From the NCBI GenBank assembly GCA_963737155.1, contig CAVTRN010000002.1, positions 736,001-800,000 of the forward strand: a stretch of DNA of 64,000 nucleotides, read 5' to 3'. The position numbers and the translations under genes are program-made. The number at the start of each line of letters is the position of its first letter. Within the stretch, counting starts at the first letter, position 1. This stretch comes from Nitrospirota bacterium (GTDB taxonomy: Bacteria > Nitrospirota > UBA9217). Positions 60,023 through 64,000 of the stretch are shown one piece after another. Below the pieces are notes generated by a model. That model searched no databases and had not been told where the DNA came from. It saw only the letters and a list, made by a program, of their open reading frames with translations.

Positions 60023-60496
60023 CTATTTTTCGTTCACCTGCGTTGTCAGGAAAATAGGCAGCGTCATATGGGAAATCTGGTCCTGGAGTTCCTCGATATC
60101 GTCGATATGCTGATCCTCGTCAGTCAGGATGTGTTCGAGCACTTCGCGTGTAGCGAAATCATTTACCTCTCCCGCTATTTTTATTCCTGAATTATACGCA
60201 GCGATAGCGCCCTCTTCAGCCGTATGATCATTGGCGAGCTGCTTGGAAATGTCGCTCCCAATACGGATCTCTTTTAGGTTAGACACGACGGGAAGTCCCT
60301 CGAGAAAGAGGATTCTTCCGATAAGTTTCTCAGCATGCTTCATCTCGGCTATCGCACGCCTTTCAAGATGTTTGTGCAGTTTATCGTAGCCCCAATTTGC
60401 GCACATTTCGGAATGCACCATGTATTGGTTTATTGCGGTCAGTTCGTCGGCAAGCAGCGAATTCAAGGTCTCGACAAGTTTCGGATTTCCTTTCAT
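60023..60496 (-). CDS. bfr: Bacterioferritin
   Basis: MKGN...ELTAINQYMVH, EMKHAEKLIGRILFLEG, DEDQHID; SD AGGAGG. Confidence 0.93.
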   Translation of the reverse strand: MKGNPKLVETLNSLLADELTAINQYMVHSEMCANWGYDKLHKHLERRAIAEMKHAEKLIGRILFLEGLPVVSNLKEIRIGSDISKQLANDHTAEEGAIAAYNSGIKIAGEVNDFATREVLEHILTDEDQHIDDIEELQDQISHMTLPIFLTTQVNEK

Positions 60497-61237
60497 CTGT
60501 ATGTCCTCCTTAGGAATAATATGTTGATGCAATTTACTCAACAGGCTCGATTGTTTTATTTTGTTTCCTAATCAAGTTTCAATATCGCATACAAGCCACG
60601 GCTACGCGCGGATAAAGGGGGTCCCGATTCCCCTAATAGCTCATCTTTCTGACAGCTTTGAAGACATTGCCCTCTACTTTGCGATATTTGTCGAACTGTG
60701 ATCCGAACGTCAGGAGAATGGCCTCAAATGTGACCGCAGCCTCAGCCATGTATGTATTCAAAAAGGTCTTTGCCGAAGAAAAAGACGCCCTGGCATCTGC
60801 AGCTGCCATATTATTTGCTGTTCTCAGAGTCACTCATCCCTGCAAACCGCGACGTATTCTGTCACGGTTCCATCAAATTATATCATGCATTACGATGTTT
60901 ATGTAAATCCAAGTATTAATTTGTGCTGGGTACTATTAGAAGATTTGCAATAAACAATGACGTACTGTTTCACGTTAAGACAAAAATACAGTGAACAAGA
61001 GGGAATAGCGGTCTGTTTTGTTCGAATATGATTTACGCAGACTTTGCGCACAAAAATTCTGCTTGCGTTTCTCAATATCACGAAGACTACACCCTGAGGG
61101 CTTCCAAAAAGCGAGAAGAATAGGGGGCAGCGTCGAGCATTGTGGAAGTTGCTTCGTAATCATAACAGAAAGCATGTCGCAACGACAAGCCCCTCGATCT
61201 GTTTGGCGTAATTTGTGAGTTGGTGATAAAAATGAGG

Positions 61238-61651
61238 CTAGCTCGCACCGAGCGCCTTCGCTGCCTTGTTCACGTCCTTCGTCCCGACCCAGAGTATGGC
61301 AGCATAGTGGCCCGTACCAGACGACACGGCATCAATGGCCGTCACGTTAATTTTTTTCTCCGCCATCGTCTTGAGTAAGTCTGCTACGGCGCCCTTCCGG
61401 TCATCGCCTTGGACCAGGAACCCGAATTTCTGGGGACGTGCCTTAATTTTCGCCACCTTGACAGCATTCTTAAACGCTGCCACATCCTCTGGGATAAAGT
61501 CGAGTTGCGCCTTCCGGCCGCTTGGGAAACCCGAGAATGCTAATAGGTTCACGCCCGCATCTGCCAAAAGCCCCAGCACACGCGCCCCCTCGCCCGGCTT
61601 GTTCGGTACTTCCATCGCAAAATATGATACCTTTCTGATAATATCCACCAT
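61238..61651 (-). CDS. Tandem ACT-domain protein
   Basis: PNKPGEGARVL..LADAGVNL and DDRKGAVADLL..MAEKKINV; SD AAGGAGGT. Confidence 0.82.
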   Translation of the reverse strand: MVDIIRKVSYFAMEVPNKPGEGARVLGLLADAGVNLLAFSGFPSGRKAQLDFIPEDVAAFKNAVKVAKIKARPQKFGFLVQGDDRKGAVADLLKTMAEKKINVTAIDAVSSGTGHYAAILWVGTKDVNKAAKALGAS

Positions 61652-61973
61652 ATCTAGCACCTCCTTTTAAAAATATTATAGCAGCTTTAATCCTGTTTAT
61701 TATGCTCTTTTTCATCTTGGATCGAACTTTTTTACTATTCATTATAAACAATTATCTTATCACTCAGCGATAGAGTGAGCTTCCCTTGTATTTGTAGTTG
61801 GATAAAATATGATAAATAATGCTTTCTCTTTTGCATAGAATTCGCCCCTTTCCATCATCATTCGACGTCGAGACTATCGGTTTTTTGGTCTACTGCCACA
61901 TCCCGTTTTTCGGCAAAAGAAACGGCTTGCGAAGGCCGGCTTATTATCGGCCTATTAATGGCCCTCTAATACG

Positions 61974-62005
61974 AAAAAGGGGTTACAGCCAATGCTGTAA
62001 CCCCT
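61974..62005 (-). terminator. Terminator-like hairpin following the tRNA remnant
   Basis: AGGGGTTACAGC-caat-GCTGTAACCCCT is a perfect 12-bp stem with a U-tract on -. Confidence 0.7.
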
Positions 62006-62013
62006 GATAAATT

Positions 62014-62057
62014 TGATAGCGAGGAGCGGTTTGAACCGACCGCCTTCGGTTATGTGC
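62014..62057 (-). pseudogene. Degenerate 3' part of a tRNA-Met(CAT)
   Basis: Minus strand GCACATAACCGAAGGCGGTCGGTTCAAACCGCTCCTCGCTATCA resembles GCTCATAACCCGAAGGTCGTCGGTTCAAATCCGGCCCCCGCAACCA. No D-arm or 5' half. Confidence 0.55.
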
Positions 62058-62210
62058 TCTGGTCAAGCAATTAACTTAACCTTTTTGAAAACATGTTAAC
62101 ACGTAAATACAATATTACTCAGGGGGCCATGCAAAGTAAGAAATACATTGCGAATCTCCTAACATGCAAAAACGCTTAGAGACACCAGGCTCCCAGTGAA
62201 TACATAATGT

Positions 62211-62786
62211 TTATTCAGCCTGATTCATATGATCCTTATGCATACCATGATGATCTTGATGTGATTTTTGCATTAGTTCAATTAGTTTAGTCCGCTGTTC
62301 CGGTGTTAACTGCGATTTAATTTCTTCGCGCGCTTTAATCGCACCGAGTATCATGTTAGTTTTCAAGCCTTCCATCTTTTTTACTTGCGATTCGACAGCG
62401 CCCATGTCAACTTTGTCCTTGTGGAGCTGCTCGCTAAGCTCAATCCTTGCGATCTTGATGTCGGCTCGTTTCCGGATCATATCCTTCACCATGGTGCTCC
62501 GGATCTTCCGTATGGCAGCTTTTTGCTCGGCGGTAAGATCAAGCTGCTTAAAGGCTTTCAATAGACGATGGCGCCTGCCGTGGTGCGTCCACGCTCTTCC
62601 TTCTTCAGTCCGGTGGAACTGCGTTGGCTGGTTGCAGTGGGCCATGGGTGGGCCACCATACTCGTGACCTTCATCGGCATACGCCTTATTCGCAAGTGTA
62701 CTCTGTGTCGCAATCAATAAACCCAAAGAGAATATGCCCCCAACTAAAAAATATCCGTACTTCCGTACGTCATGCATCCCAATCAT
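62211..62786 (-). CDS. Spy/CpxP family periplasmic protein, His-rich
   Basis: LDLTAEQK and QLTPEQR motifs, signal peptide, His-rich ends. Confidence 0.82.
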   Translation of the reverse strand: MIGMHDVRKYGYFLVGGIFSLGLLIATQSTLANKAYADEGHEYGGPPMAHCNQPTQFHRTEEGRAWTHHGRRHRLLKAFKQLDLTAEQKAAIRKIRSTMVKDMIRKRADIKIARIELSEQLHKDKVDMGAVESQVKKMEGLKTNMILGAIKAREEIKSQLTPEQRTKLIELMQKSHQDHHGMHKDHMNQAE

Positions 62787-63089
62787 TGTTTTTTCCTCCC
62801 TTTCAATACACGATGATGAAGTGTCCCCATTATTCCCATAAACTCGTTTATTGCGCATTTTGTAATCAACTATTTATTAAGACACGGATTATGGGAAAAG
62901 GTTTAAATCAAGCATTAAGTGTACTAGTGTACTAGTTCGATGTAAAACGGGGATGTATTGATTTGTCGGTCTAAAGCTTTATTTATCAAACCTGTTAAAC
63001 CTTTTATTGTCAGCGCTGTCTAAATTAATATATAATTAAAATTATAAGGGGACAGTCTATATAAAATAATAGAAAAGGAGGAATTGAGC

Positions 63090-63446
63090 ATGAAAAGGGT
63101 AATTTATCTCTTTGTTGCTGTTATGGTACTCCTCCTTGCAGGCGTCTTGCCCGTATCTGCACGTGGAGGAGTTTATGTGAGGGGTGGAATCTGGATCGGA
63201 CCGTGGTGGCCGTGGTATCCAGCATATCCTTATTATTATTCGGAGCCTTATTATTCGCAGCCGCCCGTTGTCATACAGCAACAGGCCCCCGTATATGAAC
63301 AACAGGCGCCCCAGTTAGAGGATCAGCAATATTACTGGTATTACTGTAAGGAATCGAAGACCTATTACCCATATGTCAAACAATGTCCCAGCGGCTGGAT
63401 TAAGGTTGTTCCAACCCCAAGTCCTCCGCCGAAGGGAAAGGAGTAA
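63090..63446 (+). CDS. Secreted Tyr/Pro-rich small protein (copy 2)
   Basis: SD AGGAGG; YWYYCKESKTYYPYVKQCPSGWIKVVP is nearly identical to 18493-18846. Confidence 0.82.
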   Translation: MKRVIYLFVAVMVLLLAGVLPVSARGGVYVRGGIWIGPWWPWYPAYPYYYSEPYYSQPPVVIQQQAPVYEQQAPQLEDQQYYWYYCKESKTYYPYVKQCPSGWIKVVPTPSPPPKGKE

Positions 63447-63452
63447 AGGCTC

Positions 63453-64000
63453 ATGATGAAATTTAAACAAGGCATATTGATATCTTTTGCTCTTCTAGTG
63501 GTAGGCGGATGTGCGACCATTCCGGCCGGTCCTAGCGTCATGGTCATGCCGCCTCCGGGCAAGCCATTTGATGTGTTCCGGGCGGAAGACAGTATTTGCA
63601 GGCAATGGGCACGACAGCAAATCGGGCTTAATCCTCAAGAGACGGCCAATCAAAACACAGCTGCAGGGGCCGTGGTTGGAACCGTCGTAGGAGCAGGTCT
63701 CGGAGCGGCTATTGGGGCAGCATCAGGTAATGCAGGCGCCGGTGCAGCGATAGGCGGTGCAAGCGGGCTTCTCGTCGGAACAGCCGAAGGTGCCAATGCG
63801 GGACAGGTTTATGGATGGGAGGCTCAGCGTCGGTATGATATTGCATATCAGCAGTGCATGTACGCCAACGGGAATATAATTCCAGGAGAGAGACGATATT
63901 ATGGTGTTCAGAGGACTCCTCCTCCTCCTCCTCCCCCATCGGGGATGAATTCTGTACCGCCTGATGTTTCACAGCCTCATCTCGCACCACCACCACCACC
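63453..64000 (+). CDS. Glycine-zipper lipoprotein (copy 2), runs off the window
   Basis: MMKFKQGILISFALLVVGGCATIPAGPSV...GAVVGTVVGAGLGAAIG...RRYDIAYQQCMYA, then poly-Pro. No stop before the window end. Confidence 0.8.
   Translation, partial: MMKFKQGILISFALLVVGGCATIPAGPSVMVMPPPGKPFDVFRAEDSICRQWARQQIGLNPQETANQNTAAGAVVGTVVGAGLGAAIGAASGNAGAGAAIGGASGLLVGTAEGANAGQVYGWEAQRRYDIAYQQCMYANGNIIPGERRYYGVQRTPPPPPPPSGMNSVPPDVSQPHLAPPPP

Overview
Bacterial chromosomal window; the gene content resembles Nitrospirota/deltaproteobacterial anaerobes (inference). (1) 1-11.7 kb is an arsenic/selenium-type locus. It has an ArsS-like radical SAM gene and an SbtA-like RiPP precursor, both with an in-frame UGA followed by hairpins (probable selenocysteine), plus the SbtM-like rSAM/SPASM maturase, a MerA/LPD-like flavoprotein and a TVP38 protein, interleaved with glucokinase, OsmC and a GH63 glycosidase. 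(2) 11.8-27.3 kb is a patchy accessory region with several decayed genes, a stand-alone MshEN protein, a TPR protein, ion transporters and two HMA2-type genes. One HMA2 gene is frameshifted and sits behind a Pho-box-like promoter; the other is a 3 x 252 bp tandem triplication. (3) 27.7-45 kb holds a dehydratase-activase fusion and a hopanoid cluster (hpnG-like, dxs remnant, hpnI, Omp85-like, hpnJ, hpnK, EamA, shc, hpnA, hpnH, CruF-like). (4) 45-64 kb holds a YeiH-type exporter, USP, a RAPP-ending leader ORF before a CpXC gene, a cold-shock/RRM/rpsU cluster, Spy/DegP envelope-stress genes, bacterioferritin and a second copy of a two-gene secreted-protein/lipoprotein module. No rRNA, intact tRNA, CRISPR array, transposase or integrase was seen. 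All family calls come from motif recognition by eye, not from database searches.
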